From Lytechinus pictus (lineage: Eukaryota): a DNA stretch of 64,000 nucleotides. The translations under genes were made by a program, and so were the position numbers. This document shows positions 27,201-40,300 of the stretch, one piece after another. The notes beneath the pieces are model-generated. The model saw only the letters and a program-made list of their open reading frames with translations. It was not told the DNA's origin and searched no databases. Each line of letters opens with the position of its first letter. Position 1 is the stretch's first letter. The stretch covers positions 17,856,001 through 17,920,000 of the forward strand of contig NC_087260.1 of NCBI RefSeq assembly GCF_037042905.1, in the 5' to 3' direction.

Positions 27201-29291
27201 GAGTACTGGGTGACATGTTCACTAAAAACTGATCGCAATGACTCGATTTCCACCACGCCTTCAGCGGCGGACTGTCACGAAGAATATGTCGTTGGTGACC
27301 CAGACGCTTTTACGCCAGTCTGGCATAATGGATCGTTCCTTTTCTTCTTCAATGGAACTTACATTACACCAACTTGGTGGAGTGACAGATCGACATATGA
27401 CGTTGTTGAGTCAACCTCACCCGATTACATTCGCCATGATAAAACACGAGAACTGAGAGTGTGTGGTATACAAAAGCCAATGATCAACTGCGACATCTTC
27501 ATATCGGAGGATGAATATCTTGTAGAAGACGTTGGTAATTCGACGGCTATCATCTATAATGGTACAGAATATCAGGAAGACTTGTTTGAATACGTGTCCA
27601 ACAACTCCGTAAGAATCTGCATTATTCATGATAATTTTTCTACTGTCGAGGAACAAGTAGAAGAAGGTACGACAATAAAACCAGTCAATATCCAGTTAAT
27701 CTATAGCCATGTCCTGTTCGCGATATCAACATTATGTCTGATTTTATTGGTCGGAACGTACCTGATATTTTCTGAACTTCGGAATTTCCAGGGATGCGCC
27801 ATACTAACCTTTGCTGTAACTTTTCTGATTTCCCAAATTTGCCTGCAGTATGTTGCTCCTTACGCACGTCGCACAACGGCTCTATGTCAGGGTGTGGCGG
27901 TTCTTGCGCATTTTACGCTTCTGTGTGCTTTTGCCTGGATGACTCTTCTTGCATTTGACCTTTTCCGAAGCTTCAAAGGAACCCAGACCCGCACACACCA
28001 CAGCCCCAACAGTCGCCTCAAACGCTATGCTCGATATTCACTGGTTGGTTGGGGTGTTCCACTTCTTCTAGTAATTGTCTCCCTCGGGCTGCATTTCACG
28101 GAAAACGATATATTCCCGCTCGAGTACGGATCGGGGAGAAACTGTTGGGTGTATCCAGTTCTTGCCAACATTATATTTTTCATCAGTCCAATCGTGCTGT
28201 CCTTGGTTGCCAATGTCGTCCTCTTCATCCTCACTGTGGTAAGTATTTGCAGGACGACCAAGATGACCAGGAGTGCTCTTCAACAGGACAGATCACACAG
28301 GAATGTGATATCCGAATTGCTCATCTATTTCAAGGTAACATCATTTACATGATTGTAATAAATCGTAACTATGCAATATAACAGAATCATAATTACTTGC
28401 AGTCCCGGCCACATTAAAGTGATACAAAGACTTGGGACCACTGAAGTCAGTTTTAAGAGCCGTTTTCACAGAGCCTATGAACATCTTTTGAAAGTAATTG
28501 TTGCAAGGACGTAAATGCGAAAAATGGCAAAGTCCAACATAATTATGCAGCAAACACATCCGAAAGGTGCATAATGACTACGCCATTTTTTTACTTTCGC
28601 GTCCTTTCAAAACGGTCTTTTTCCCGGAGAAAATCATATTAAATTACTGATTAATATATACTCTAACTGCATTTCTGTCATTGCAATCTCTCGACTATAA
28701 TTTTTTGCTGTATTTCCTTACCGTATGAGTATACCCATTAGTCAAGTACTTCCAGTCATTCAATATTACACAAGATGGATTTCCCTAACCCTTTCCCTCG
28801 ACTACGTCCTGCATATCTAACCACTTTGGTACGTTTCTCCTCGTTCTGCCTCTTTCTACTGATCTGCACATTTTATTTTCTATGTTCATGCATCTTTGTT
28901 TGTTATTCCTTCATCTTCCTATCGTCATCTTCCTCCTCCTTTTTCTGTCTCTCTTACGGTTACCATTCCCGTCCTCTTCCTTTTCTTCTCCAACCTCTTT
29001 CGTCTTTTCTGATATATTTCTATCCCTAACTGTTGCACACTCATTTCCTCTATACAGATATCTTGTTTGATGGGATTCAGCTGGTTGTTTGGTCTGATAG
29101 CCGCCCTGGGTACGACGCCAGCTCTCTGGTACATATTCATAACGGTAAATGGTCTCCAAGGCATTTCGGTCTTTGTCTCCTTCGGCCTCAATGCCAGGGT
29201 AAGAAAATTATGGAGGAAAAGGATGGCACCAGCAACGTCAGGGTCGAGCAGTGGTAGCTCCAACAAGACAAAGAAGACCAGTTCTGTGTAG
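21223..29291 (+). CDS. Methuselah-like / family-B (7tm_2) GPCR, copy A, about 668 aa
   Basis: Coding exons 21223-21418 (signal-peptide-like plus Thr/Pro-rich), 26758-28334 (Cys-containing ectodomain plus TM1-5) and 29058-29291 (TM6-7 plus tail), with intron phases 1 and 0. Motifs TYLIFSELRNFQG, LCQGVAVLAHF, YSLVGWGVP, CWV, LMGFSW, NGLQG. No GPS motif is seen before TM1. The exact start ATG is uncertain because exon 1 has several Mets. Confidence 0.88.
22098..23535. mobile_element. Non-autonomous DNA transposon (outer nested MITE)
   Basis: TIRs CACTGGCGTAAATCC / GGATTTACGCCAGTG; near-perfect flanking duplication GTAAATAGT / GTAAATACT. Confidence 0.8.
22520..23430. mobile_element. hAT-like MITE (inner nested element)
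   Basis: TIRs CAGTGGCGTA / TACGCCACTG; perfect 8-bp TSD TGGACATA (22512-22519 and 23431-23438); three internal ~110-bp subrepeats containing TCAGCTCGCGCTTCGCGCTCGCAT. Confidence 0.9.
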
Positions 29292-30801
29292 TGGACTTTC
29301 TGGCAACAAACTACCAACCTTCCTGAAATACATCAGTGGACGAGCTTAAGAAGCTTCTGTAAATGTTGAAGGCTTGTTTATTTCGTTTACGAACTTTCGG
29401 ACTTCTATTGCATGTAGTTCTTATGAAATGTTTTCACCGTTGAAAGGACAACAAGTATCCTGAATTATACCCAGTACTTGAAGCAAGTTGTGAGACCTTT
29501 CCTCACCTTAAGGAAAGGCCAGTATACCAAATACACTATTGACTGGATTTAAACATGGGTAATACCAATGCCAAAACATTGCTAAGCTAGTCGGCAACGG
29601 ATTACCGAACCGCAGTCTACAGTTAGGTGAGAAATTCGCATTTTAAGATTCAATAAAAATGGATCCGTTCCTGTAGAGTTTGTATATCACGGAGATGTCT
29701 TTTTCAGGCATGTCATGTGCATCCATATTTCAAAACAAAATGAGATGAGGGCATCAAGCATTTAATTCTGTTTGTGTCGCCCGAAACGTATGGAATAGTT
29801 TGCCCTTTGAATAAACAACTTCAAATAAACACTAAAAACTCTTCTTTACATCTACTACATCATGATTTTTGTAGAGCATAATTTTGAATAGATACGCTCT
29901 GTAATTTACATGTTCTAGAGAATTTTTGACGTCACATGCAAGCAACTCCTGTCTAATTTGATTCCATTTCACGAAATCAAATTTGTAATATTTCATGACG
30001 GTATAATTATTTGTCATATATTTATGTATGAAATAATATGATACTACGAGCAATTAAATCATTCGACTTTCTGTCAGTTGTACTGGGGAGCTCCGAACAT
30101 TCGTGTGTAATTCTTCGACGGATTTACGTCAAATTTCATTCCTGCTTTTGTTTAACCCAACTAGACGTCCGCGTACACTTCCCCTCGAGCAAGACATACA
30201 AGGAACTTTTTGTAAATATATATTTATATTATAAAGTAAGAATGTGAAAGAAGAAAAGTTTACACTATAGCGGAGCTTGAGATAATCTGCTTTTCAGAAA
30301 TGAAACTATTAGATAGCTGTTTCTTGTTCACAACTTTAGAATCACCTGAGCAACTCAGAATCTGAAATATTTTTAATCACTGTTGGTTGCCTTTTGTGTA
30401 TGGTTTACATAGGAGCTTTGTCAAGTTCTTTTGTCTATTCATGTTTAACATCGGTATTGCGTTCCTCATAATTTCAACAAAAACAAGTCAATCTTGTTCC
30501 TATGTACTACGATGGTTTACGTGTCCTCAATACCGAAACTCTTTATTTCTTGGATCAAAATTTATCCAACCATAGATAGGCCCTATATAATCTAGAATAA
30601 TATTGATGAGGGCTCTGTAAAATCTACTGTACAATCAAAGATATGATATGCTATTTCAAGTTGTGAATTTGTCCATAATTATGACGTAATTCATTAACAG
30701 ATCGATAGCCTACCGGTGAGCTAACTCATAGGCCTATAGGACATGTGATTTATATTCATTGAATTGTCGTTTTTATGGTTCGCCATGATCGAATCTATAT
30801 A

Positions 30802-31697
30802 CAGTGCGTCCCAGAAAAAACGAAACCGAGATTTATCGATGATTTATCATAACTTAATCACAAATACAACAGGGAAGTGACCTACCATTGTAAAGCTTGG
30901 AATCTCTTCTTTCATCTGAAATTACTTATAGATTATTTCTCATTCACGCATGAGTGAGAAAAGCAATTTGAAGAGGGGATACCAAAAAGTCAATTGGCGG
31001 GCTGTATCTGGATTTCAAAATGAAAACCACATTTCTGAAATGTTCAATATCTGCCCTTTAATTTGATACGTCAACTACAGAAAATGGTCTGGAAATAACA
31101 AAGTTCTGCCTATTTGAAATAAAGCTTGAATTTCAATAATTTCATAAAATGAAGAGATTTTACAGGCTAGCGTTCCGAGTCACTCGACAGTCCGTTTTGT
31201 TGAAGATCAGCCATGCAACTCTTTTGTTAACCGTGCGATAGCTACTGTGGGAAACCGGTGAAAACACGTTTATTTAATGAAATTATGGAAATACAAGCAT
31301 TGTTTCAAGGGAACATAATATTTTTACATCTTAACCATTTTCTATGAGTAAGGTATCAAATAAAAGAGCAGATATTGAACTTTATAGGAATATCATTTTC
31401 TTTTTGAAATTCAGATACCCCCCGCCAAATGAATTTTTGGTATCCTTTCTTCAAATTGTTTTTGCTCACTCATGCGTGAATTTGAAATTCAGATACCCCC
31501 CGCCAAATGAATTTTTGGTATCCTTTCTTCAAATTGTTTTTGCTCACTCATGCGTGAATGAGAAACAATCTAAGTAATTTCAGATGAAAGAGGAGATTCT
31601 AAGCTTTACAATGGTAGGTCACTTGTCTATTGTATTCGTGATTAAGTTATGATAAATCATCGATAAATCTCGGTTTCGTTTTTTCTGGGACGCACTG
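30802..31697. mobile_element. Tc1/mariner-like MITE with long TIRs
   Basis: TA|CAGTGCGTCCCAGAAAAAACGAAACCGAGATTTATCGATG... and its exact reverse complement ending ...GGGACGCACTG|TA. It contains a 78-bp tandem duplication at 31403-31558. Confidence 0.9.
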
Positions 31698-32597
31698 TAC
31701 AGTAGGTAGATTATAGTAAATCACGCCAGTGAATATATCTGGTCCTATTCTGATTTTTTTTTTTAACTGAAATAAAAGTTAAAAAAAAGAAAATTTGTTC
31801 ATTTAATTTTAGTTTTCATTATTTTTATTCTATAATAACATATTCATTCAGGATAAAAAAAAAAAGAACATTAATCAGCCAATGTGTGTGCTATATCATG
31901 GTCCTGACGATAAAAATCTACAATAAGCAAAACATCAAGTAAAAACAATAATATGACAATAAAGAAATTACAAATATATCAAAATATAAAAGTTTATAAC
32001 ATGATCTGACCTAAAATTACAAACAAGAGAAAGCAAAAAGAAAGAAGAAAGACGGAAGAGAGAGAGAGAAGGGGCGGAATAAAAAGAGGTCACTCAACAC
32101 AGTCATGGTCGATACAATGTATGTAATGATATTAAAATTATAACAGAATTAAAATGTTGGCACTTGTACATTCGTTTAAAATTCAATTCAATTCATTTAT
32201 TTTCTCTTTCAATCTTTTTACATTTACAATGATAGTCAATATACATATTTACAAAATAAAACATTTAATTTTTTTTATAATACAATAATATCATAAAATC
32301 GAAAGGGAATGAGACCAACTAAAAAGCAGAGCTTGTAGGGTGAAGGCCCCCTTTTATAAGTACATTTTATGAATAAAAAAATAAGATAAAATAAAGAAAT
32401 AAACAATATATATATATATATATATATATAAAGTGAATAAAAAATAAACAAATAAAAATAAATAAATAATAATAAAGATGAATGATTCAGTATACACTGT
32501 ATACAGAAATTATAAAACGATTAAACATATGCAAGCGATTTGGTATTTTGAATTTTAAATGGCAAATTATTCCAAACCATGCTACCAGCATACTTAA

Positions 32598-33001
32598 AGC
32601 CCAGCTCACACTATGCGATTCGTTGCGATCCGAATTTTAGAGAAATCATAACATTTGACAGAACATTCAAACCAATAAAATATTGGCGATCCGAGGTCAG
32701 AATAGTTGTAGGACTACTGAAATAAAAATTCAAGTTAGTTCCAGCCTCAATATATAGGAATAAAAGCAAATTCAATTCCAAATCGTAGTAACGTCATCAT
32801 CGGCTGCGACTTGAAGCCGATTTGGACTTTACTCCGACAACAGGGCCTGCCGCAAAGCAAAATTTTGATTTCATTATTCCTAACATTATGCCAAACTTTA
32901 AACAAAGTATTTTGTTCCTTTTTGGAACTTTCATATTTAATGCAGAATGTGATTTATTAAAAAAAATAATGTCGTATCGGATGCACAGTGTGGGACGGGC
33001 T
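32598..33001. mobile_element. PIF/Harbinger-like MITE
   Basis: TAA|AGCCCAGCTCACACT ... AGTGTGGGACGGGCT|TAA; 3-bp TAA TSD. Confidence 0.7.
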
Positions 33002-33744
33002 TAAAACAGCTCTTAACAGTATGAAGGTGATTTCACACTGTGTTGTATACTATGAACACACTTTGGCACACTTATTTACAGTAGGATAATACAAGTTAAA
33101 AAGTCATCACGTCTATTTCAAGGGATTGCAATTTTTTTAGAATTACTAGTACTAAAGCCATTTACATTGATCAGTGCCTGTATACATACGTCCACAACTC
33201 TTTTTTCTGTAGTCTTAAAAGAGTAAAGTTGTAAAGAAGCAAGAGCAGTTTTCCCCATAACAGAACAGGAATAATGGTGCACTTATATACTTTATTCAAA
33301 ACTTCAGTGCTCAGCGATAATCAATTTTCATCCATGTAAATATCTCATAATTAAAAGATTGAATGAGCATCCAAGGATAGATTGTAATCTATTACAATGC
33401 ATAAAGATATTTATTTGTTCATTTATTTCATTATTAACATGTCCCTTTAAATCAAGTTCGTTATTTATCCGTACGTTAAAGTAAAATATATTAAGACAAA
33501 ATAAAGAAGAAACAACGATAACATCTACCCGTTTCTTGCAGCACCTCCCTCCCATTCTCCCTCTCTTCCAATGCAGTACCCCCCCCCCCTCTCACCCCCC
33601 CCTCCCTCCCCCACTCTCTCTCTCTCTCTCTTTCTCTGTCTACCTTATATAAAAGTATGAGTAATGGAAAGATTACAATGTAAGTCCATTGTTCCCGTTC
33701 ACTTTGAGCATGCTGAATAATCAGAGCCTTAATGTGGTTACAGA

Positions 33745-33970
33745 GACTCTAAAAGCACTGAGTAAAATTTTACCCAATACTGGGTAGAAAGGGAACATGC
33801 ATGTTTGCTGGATATATTTTGTTTACCCCATATTGGGCAAAATGCATGTTTTAAGGGTAAATTTCAACGCAACATTGCGTAAAATTTACAAAATATTTGG
33901 TATCTTTTTACCCAACCAACGTGCATGTTCCCATTTTACCCAATATTGGGTAAACTTTTTTAAGAGTGTA
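33745..33970. mobile_element. Palindromic MITE with TTTACCCAATATTGGGTAAA subrepeats
   Basis: Arms GGGAACATGCATGTT / AACGTGCATGTTCCC; right end TTAAGAGTGTA. Confidence 0.65.
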
Positions 33971-34380
33971 GAGATCAGGGGAGAGAGCCTTGACCATGTT
34001 TTGATTAATTATCGATTTATTTCATTTCTTCATTAAACATCAGAGATGAGTATACAATAATAATATTAGATTTGTATAGCGCACGTATCCACCTTGCTAT
34101 AGGTGCTCAAGGCACTCCTATATTACCCCGGCTAAGCTAGTCTACCGATTCCGGTGCGCACAGATAAGTATACAAATTACAACATAACAATTACAAAGGT
34201 AATATATAACAAATCAATAATACAATAATCGTAATATCAGTAACAAAAATGAGCATCAAGAACATTCATTCACCAGAATGATTATTTTAAAGGAATGCAG
34301 AAGTCCGCCATTGTGAGCAATCGAGCTTGATAATGATGGCGTTCCGGTAAAAAAGCCTTTATAGCTCATCGTATATTCTC

Positions 34381-34570
34381 ATTGTGAAGTAAGCGTGAAT
34401 GGATTATTTTCGCAGGTAGTTATTTTTGCAATAAATATTCATGACGTAGGGCCTATATGGCCTATAAAATAGGACTATATAGTTGAACAAGGAAATACCT
34501 TCAGGAGTATGACCAGACGTACAGATCGGACATTAGGAATAAGCAACATTATCTGCAGTGTGAGAAAAGG
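34381..34570 (+). promoter_or_regulatory. Conserved upstream block (promoter and/or non-coding first exon) of GPCR B
   Basis: Paralogous to 17804-18025; ends at a donor-like AG|GTAAT. Confidence 0.55.
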
Positions 34571-34844
34571 TAATATTTTTGTAAATTTGAAGTTTATAAA
34601 GTACTCCTATATAAACCCTAAACTCACAAATTACTTGTGTGTTGAAAAGGTTCTCGTTGACAATAACCCATAAGCGAGATTTTGTTGCAAAGAGTGGCAG
34701 AGTCAGGAAGCAATACGAGTATATCTATAAAGAGGACTGTACTCAACGGAGGAACAAGAAAGAAGAAGAAATGTGAGTGGAGAAGGTTCCACGCGAGGTT
34801 TATATTCAGCTCATTTTTATATTTTTAAAGCAAAAAAAATGTAA

Positions 34845-35035
34845 TAATAACATAATAATAATATAGGTATATTTACCCAGGGAAGCCACTTCAGTTCTGA
34901 AAACTGTTATCCTATAGCGGGTTCTGCTATTATTATTACCACGGCTTTAGCTGGGCTGCCTCGGCGCTCAAGCATTCAAGGAATTTCTTCCTACCGGGTA
35001 CCCATTCACTATACCTGGGTTGAGTGCAGCGCAAT
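34845..35035 (-). mobile_element. 5'-truncated SINE fragment
   Basis: The core GGTACCCATTCAC...CTGGGTTGAGTGCAGC and the tail are present; the head is absent. Confidence 0.7.
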
Positions 35036-35374
35036 GACTGTTTCATACATATAAAATACATTTATATAAATTGAGCAAATAAGTGAATACGTTTTATTTT
35101 TCGCATTATTTCATTTTTGTGAAACATGTACCAAGTAAAATGTATATAGACAATGTCGGATAACGGTAAAAAGGTATTATGGCTTATAGCGTTTGATTGC
35201 TAGTTCATACTCTAAAATGAAAATTAATTTTTTGAATTGAATTTCTTCAACAATGAAGTGCCAAACTCATTCTCTATTTCCAAAAAGTGGGGAATTAACT
35301 TTATCCATCTGACTTTATTTTCCGTTACTTTGTGTAATATCTCTACTTTGTAGTAATTGGCAATTTACCATTCT

Positions 35375-35768
35375 GGTTTATTTCCAATTCGTCTAATGCC
35401 AATTCTTCCAATTGCCAACTCGTCTACTCTCATTTGGTGTACCATCAGTTCGTCCACTCACTACATGGTCTGCTTTCATTTAGTCTTATGCCATTTCGTC
35501 TAATAACAAGTTGGTCCAATCGCCATTTAGTCCATATACAATTTGGTCTAATTGGACTAAGTGTTAAATTGTGCAAAATGAATGAAAATGAAATGGACAT
35601 TAGGTCATAGACGAAATGACGATTAGACGAAGTGATGATTGGACAAAATAATTAATGGACCAAATGGTTGTTAGACGAAATGTTGATGACGGAATGGCAT
35701 TAGACTAAATGAAAGTAGACCATGTGGTGAGTGGACGAGTTGGCAGTAGACGAAATGGCAATTTACCA
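35375..35768. mobile_element. Foldback MITE with TAGACGAA/TTCGTCTA subrepeats; a degenerate relative lies at ~6650-7025
   Basis: Inverted halves (GTCCACTCACTACATGGTCT vs AGACCATGTGGTGAGTGGAC); direct repeat TGGCAATTTACCATTCTG at both ends. Confidence 0.7.
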
Positions 35769-36480
35769 TTCTGATTTATATTCGATAAATATTTCAGATA
35801 CAAGCAATCCTGCATGGTATAACATAAAACTTTATGCCTATGTGACTGTCGTAGGACCACATCGAATAATAGAAAATAACATAATATAATATAATAATAC
35901 CTCTGATCCGGGCCGCCGATATAACATAATAACCTATACAGATTAGAATAGCCATGTATTTTGTTTAACAACTGAGTTGACAAAAAGCTGTTATAAGCTT
36001 TACAAATTACAACGGACTTATTACCAAACTTTTCTATTGTTACAGTTCGTGTGTGACGGACGAACGATTTTAATTAGTGGGCAGTGTTAAAAGGTGGTAT
36101 ATCATGACGTGTATATAATATAGGAACATACTGTATTTTCAAGGCTTAGGTTCATCAGGATCAGAATTACGATGTATACACGGTTATAAACGCGGATAGT
36201 GAGAACATACCTTGGCTGGAGAAAGCTTTACACTATTTCTTTGCTCTTTTATTATCGTGTTTTCGCTAAACGATTCATTTACAAGAAGAGACAAACGTAA
36301 CCATGGTAAGTACATGTAAATTCAAATGAATGGGCGTATTACAGAAATAGATATACTCATATAATGATGTAATACCGATCGAAGCCGGACTAGTAAGTTA
36401 TCATCAAAGACATGTCGCCGGTTGGTGTGGAATCGGTTTCGTCGGTTTGGCTCCAGCAAAGGTAAAGGTAAAGCTAAAAC

Positions 36481-36730
36481 GGACATGGTGGCTCAGTGGT
36501 AGAGCGTCGGCCTCATGAACGGGAGGTCGTGGGTTCGATCCTCGGCCGAGTGATACCAAAGACTTATAGAATTTGGACCTTATGCCTTCTTGCTAGCCGC
36601 TCAGCATTTAGATTGGAGAAGGGTAATAATATCATTATGCTATGCAGGGCCCGCTGGTAGAGCAGTTTCCTAATTGAAGTGGCTACTCTGGGTAAATAAA
36701 ACGTTATTGTTATTGTGTATTATTATTATC
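36481..36730 (+). mobile_element. tRNA-derived SINE (different family)
   Basis: TGGCTCAGTGG A-box and GGTTCGATCC B-box without a paired acceptor stem, followed by a body and a (TTA)-rich tail. Confidence 0.75.
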
Positions 36731-37062
36731 ATCATCATCATTATTGATTATAATAATTACTGCAAAATTGCTTTGAATTATTTATATATTTAACGTTATG
36801 GGCATAATTAAACAACTTTTAAAGTTCCAATTTCATTTACGAGGCCTAAATTATTTATTTTCACGGATGTTTCTTCTTATAAACACACATTTTAAATACA
36901 CACTCCTTCAATAAGCTATTCTTTATTTTTGTTTTTATACTAATTTGAGTAATTTGCTGCATGTAATCTGAGGGCATAGTCGAATTATCAAAAAATATTT
37001 ACAAGTACAAACTGATGATGATGATGATGATGATAAACTTATGAGTTCATTCTGTCTTTGTT

Positions 37063-37334
37063 NNNNNNNNNNNNNNNNNNNNNNNNNNNNNNNNNNNNNN
37101 NNNNNNNNNNNNNNNNNNNNNNNNNNNNNNNNNNNNNNNNNNNNNNNNNNNNNNNNNNNNNNNNNNNNNNNNNNNNNNNNNNNNNNNNNNNNNNNNNNNN
37201 NNNNNNNNNNNNNNNNNNNNNNNNNNNNNNNNNNNNNNNNNNNNNNNNNNNNNNNNNNNNNNNNNNNNNNNNNNNNNNNNNNNNNNNNNNNNNNNNNNNN
37301 NNNNNNNNNNNNNNNNNNNNNNNNNNNNNNNNNN
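37063..37334. other. Assembly gap (N run)
   Basis: Run of N characters. Confidence 1.
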
Positions 37335-37398
37335 AAAAGTTTGAATTGCCCAAATTTGTTCAACTCATTTCATTTAGAAACGCCACAACCTCCGGAGC

Positions 37399-40300
37399 AT
37401 GATGGCTTTACGAACACTCTTGATGGCGACGACGATAACGACTCTGCTGGACGTCATCGCTGGGCAGACGACATCGATGCCTCTTCCTCCTCCACTTCCT
37501 ACCTTTAAAGAAGAAGCATTCCCGGTTTCGATCCCAACACGAATGACCACACCTATGTGTAAGTCTATAAGCAGCAGTTAATGCACTACTTTGTATCTTT
37601 TATATTTTCACGGGATATTTTCCCGAATTTTCAATCCAGAGTCCCATAACCATGGTAACAAAAATGTTAGTAATCGACCACTAACGATTTTTACGATTAA
37701 TTATACATTGTAGTCAATAATAATACTAATAGGCATTTATATAGCACCATCTATCTACAAATATTCTATTCCGAGGCACGTTGTTATCAGTATTACCCCG
37801 GCTTTAACTCGAGCTGCCTTTCAGCGCTCATGCATTCAAGGAATTAATCCCGCCGGGTACCCATTCACCTCACCTGGGTTGAGTGCAGCACAATGCGGAT
37901 AAATTTCTTGCTGAAGTAAATTACGCCATGGCTAGGAATCGAACCCACGACCCTCTGTTTCAAAGTCAGAAGACCTGTCCACTGGGTCACAACACTCCAT
38001 GCACTGCATTTAGTCAGTGCACTTAATCGTAAACAAAATGTTCTATAAGCCTGAAGCCAAATGTGACACATATCAAGCACATAATGAGTTCATAATCGTA
38101 TTTGATATTCAAATCAGTACAAACTATTTGGAATTATTAATGCAATATTTTAACCTTAAAACAAGCACGGGATATAGAGAGTGCAAGACATATTTGACAT
38201 GTGAATACAAGGTTCAGGCTGTGGTCTATTACTCTGACTTCAATTAGATTGAAGTTTAGACGCATACTTCACAAATTTCACAAAATAGAACCATTGAAAG
38301 ATGCTATTGAATTATACGCTAAACTGATGGGATTAAACTCATTAAGGCATCACTCCAAGTCTGGGTTCATTTCAACCAGTTGTTTATTTATTTTTTTTTA
38401 TTGATATATTCATATTCCACAAATCCTCAAAGTACATTTCATAATAAATCATTTTTACAATGAAAAGATGCATCAACTGCATGACACATGCAGGATTGAA
38501 ACGTACCAATGAATTTAAAAAGTGGATATAGGCCCCCTATCAAAGTTGTACGCAAGGGTAATATGAACATGATAAAGCTTATATAAAGGTAATATTCACG
38601 AAGAACAAAGCTGCCAAAAGAGACAATTAGCGACCAATTTGGACGAGCAAAATAATTGTTATTTAGCTGTATGATATCGTTTTTAGCTGTTTATTTAGCA
38701 GTGGTAGAAAGGAAAATACCTTTGTTTTCATAATGGAGCATTGTGGCCGAGGGATAGATCCCCAGTCTATGAAAGAGAGGGTTGTGGGTTCGAATCCCAG
38801 CCGTAGCGTAATTTCCTTCAGCATGAAATTGATCGACATTATGCTGCATTCAACTCAGGTGAGGTAAGTGGGTACCTAACAGGAATTTATTCTTTGAAAT
38901 GATTGTGCGCTTGCATTACGCTTGCAAGCCAGGGTAATAATATTCAGGTCCTTTGGATATGATCCAATTCCTAGAGAAGGGTACATGGCATGCGCCTTAG
39001 AAGAACTAAATATTATTTTCTTTATCATTATTCAAAATCCTTTTGTTTTTCTCATATACAGTTCACGTGGGAACACAAGGAGTGGCGGCACCATTTGATC
39101 TCAATCCTTACCGAACAACAAAAGCCCCACCTTATTCTCCAAGAACGGAACTCGTCATCGAGTGCCCTCATGGCTTCGATCAGATCTCAACCCCTTGCGG
39201 ATCACCAGAGAACGAACCACTTTGGCCGGAATGCGACGCTGCAACTCTACACGTGATGCATAGATTCAGTATAGACAGCTACGATTCGTGTCTGGACGCT
39301 GTTCCTACAATCCTTGGATACCTGGGAGTCTCTGCCACCGATGACGGCAACGAAACGACTACTCTCAGATTTCCAGTTGCTACTATTAACTGGCGGGGCA
39401 TGGTCAATATTACAAACGACCATCGTATGCAGAATGGCATAGACACTGCAATAGATGATGGGCTTATAATTAACGTCTGGAGCATACCTTGCGCAGATTT
39501 CATTGAGTACGGGGTAACATGTTCAGTAAAAGCAGACCACAATGACTCTATTTCGTCCTCGCCCTCAGGGGCAGATTGTGACGAAGAGTATTTCGTTGGC
39601 GACCGGGAAGCTTTCACGCCAATCTGGCATAATGGATCGTTCCTTCTCTTCTTCAATGGAACCTACGTTACACCATCTTGGTGGAGTGGTAGATCTACCT
39701 TCGACATTGTCCGGTCGAACCCATTTGATTTTAGTCGTCACGATAAAACACGAGAACTAAGAGTGTGTGGTGTACAAAAGGCGATGATCAACTGCGACAT
39801 CATCTTATCAGAAGATCAGTATCTTCTCAAAGACAGTGTTAATTCGACAGCCGTCATCTACAACGGAACAGAATATCAAGAAGACTTGTTTGAATACGTG
39901 TCCAACAACTCTATCAGAATCTGCATTATCCATGATAACTTTTCCACTGTTCAGGAAGGAATAGACGAAAGCATGAAGCCAGAACCTGTGAATGTCCAGT
40001 TAATCTATAGCCATGTTCTGTTCGCAGTATCAACATTGTGTCTGGTTCTATTGGTCGGAACCTACCTGATATTTTCTGAACTTCGGAACTTCCAGGGATG
40101 TGCCATTCTGACCTTTGCTGTAACTTTGCTGATTTCCCAAATTTGTCTCCAGTATGTCGCTCCTTATGCACGTCGCACAACGGCTCTGTGCCAGGGTGTG
40201 GCGGTTCTTGCGCACTTTACGCTTTTGTGTGCTTTTGCCTGGATGACTCTTCTTGCATTTGACCTTTGCCGAAGCTTCAAAGGAACCCAGACCCGCACAC

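Noticed and set aside
31344-31577. ORF with a duplicated peptide KFRYPPPNEFLVSFLQIVFAHSCVN
   Set aside because: It is a by-product of a 78-bp duplication inside a MITE arm.
36481-36552. tRNA-like sequence with A and B boxes and a CAT triplet in the loop
   Set aside because: The acceptor stem does not pair and the sequence continues into a SINE body and tail, so it is a SINE head and not a tRNA gene.
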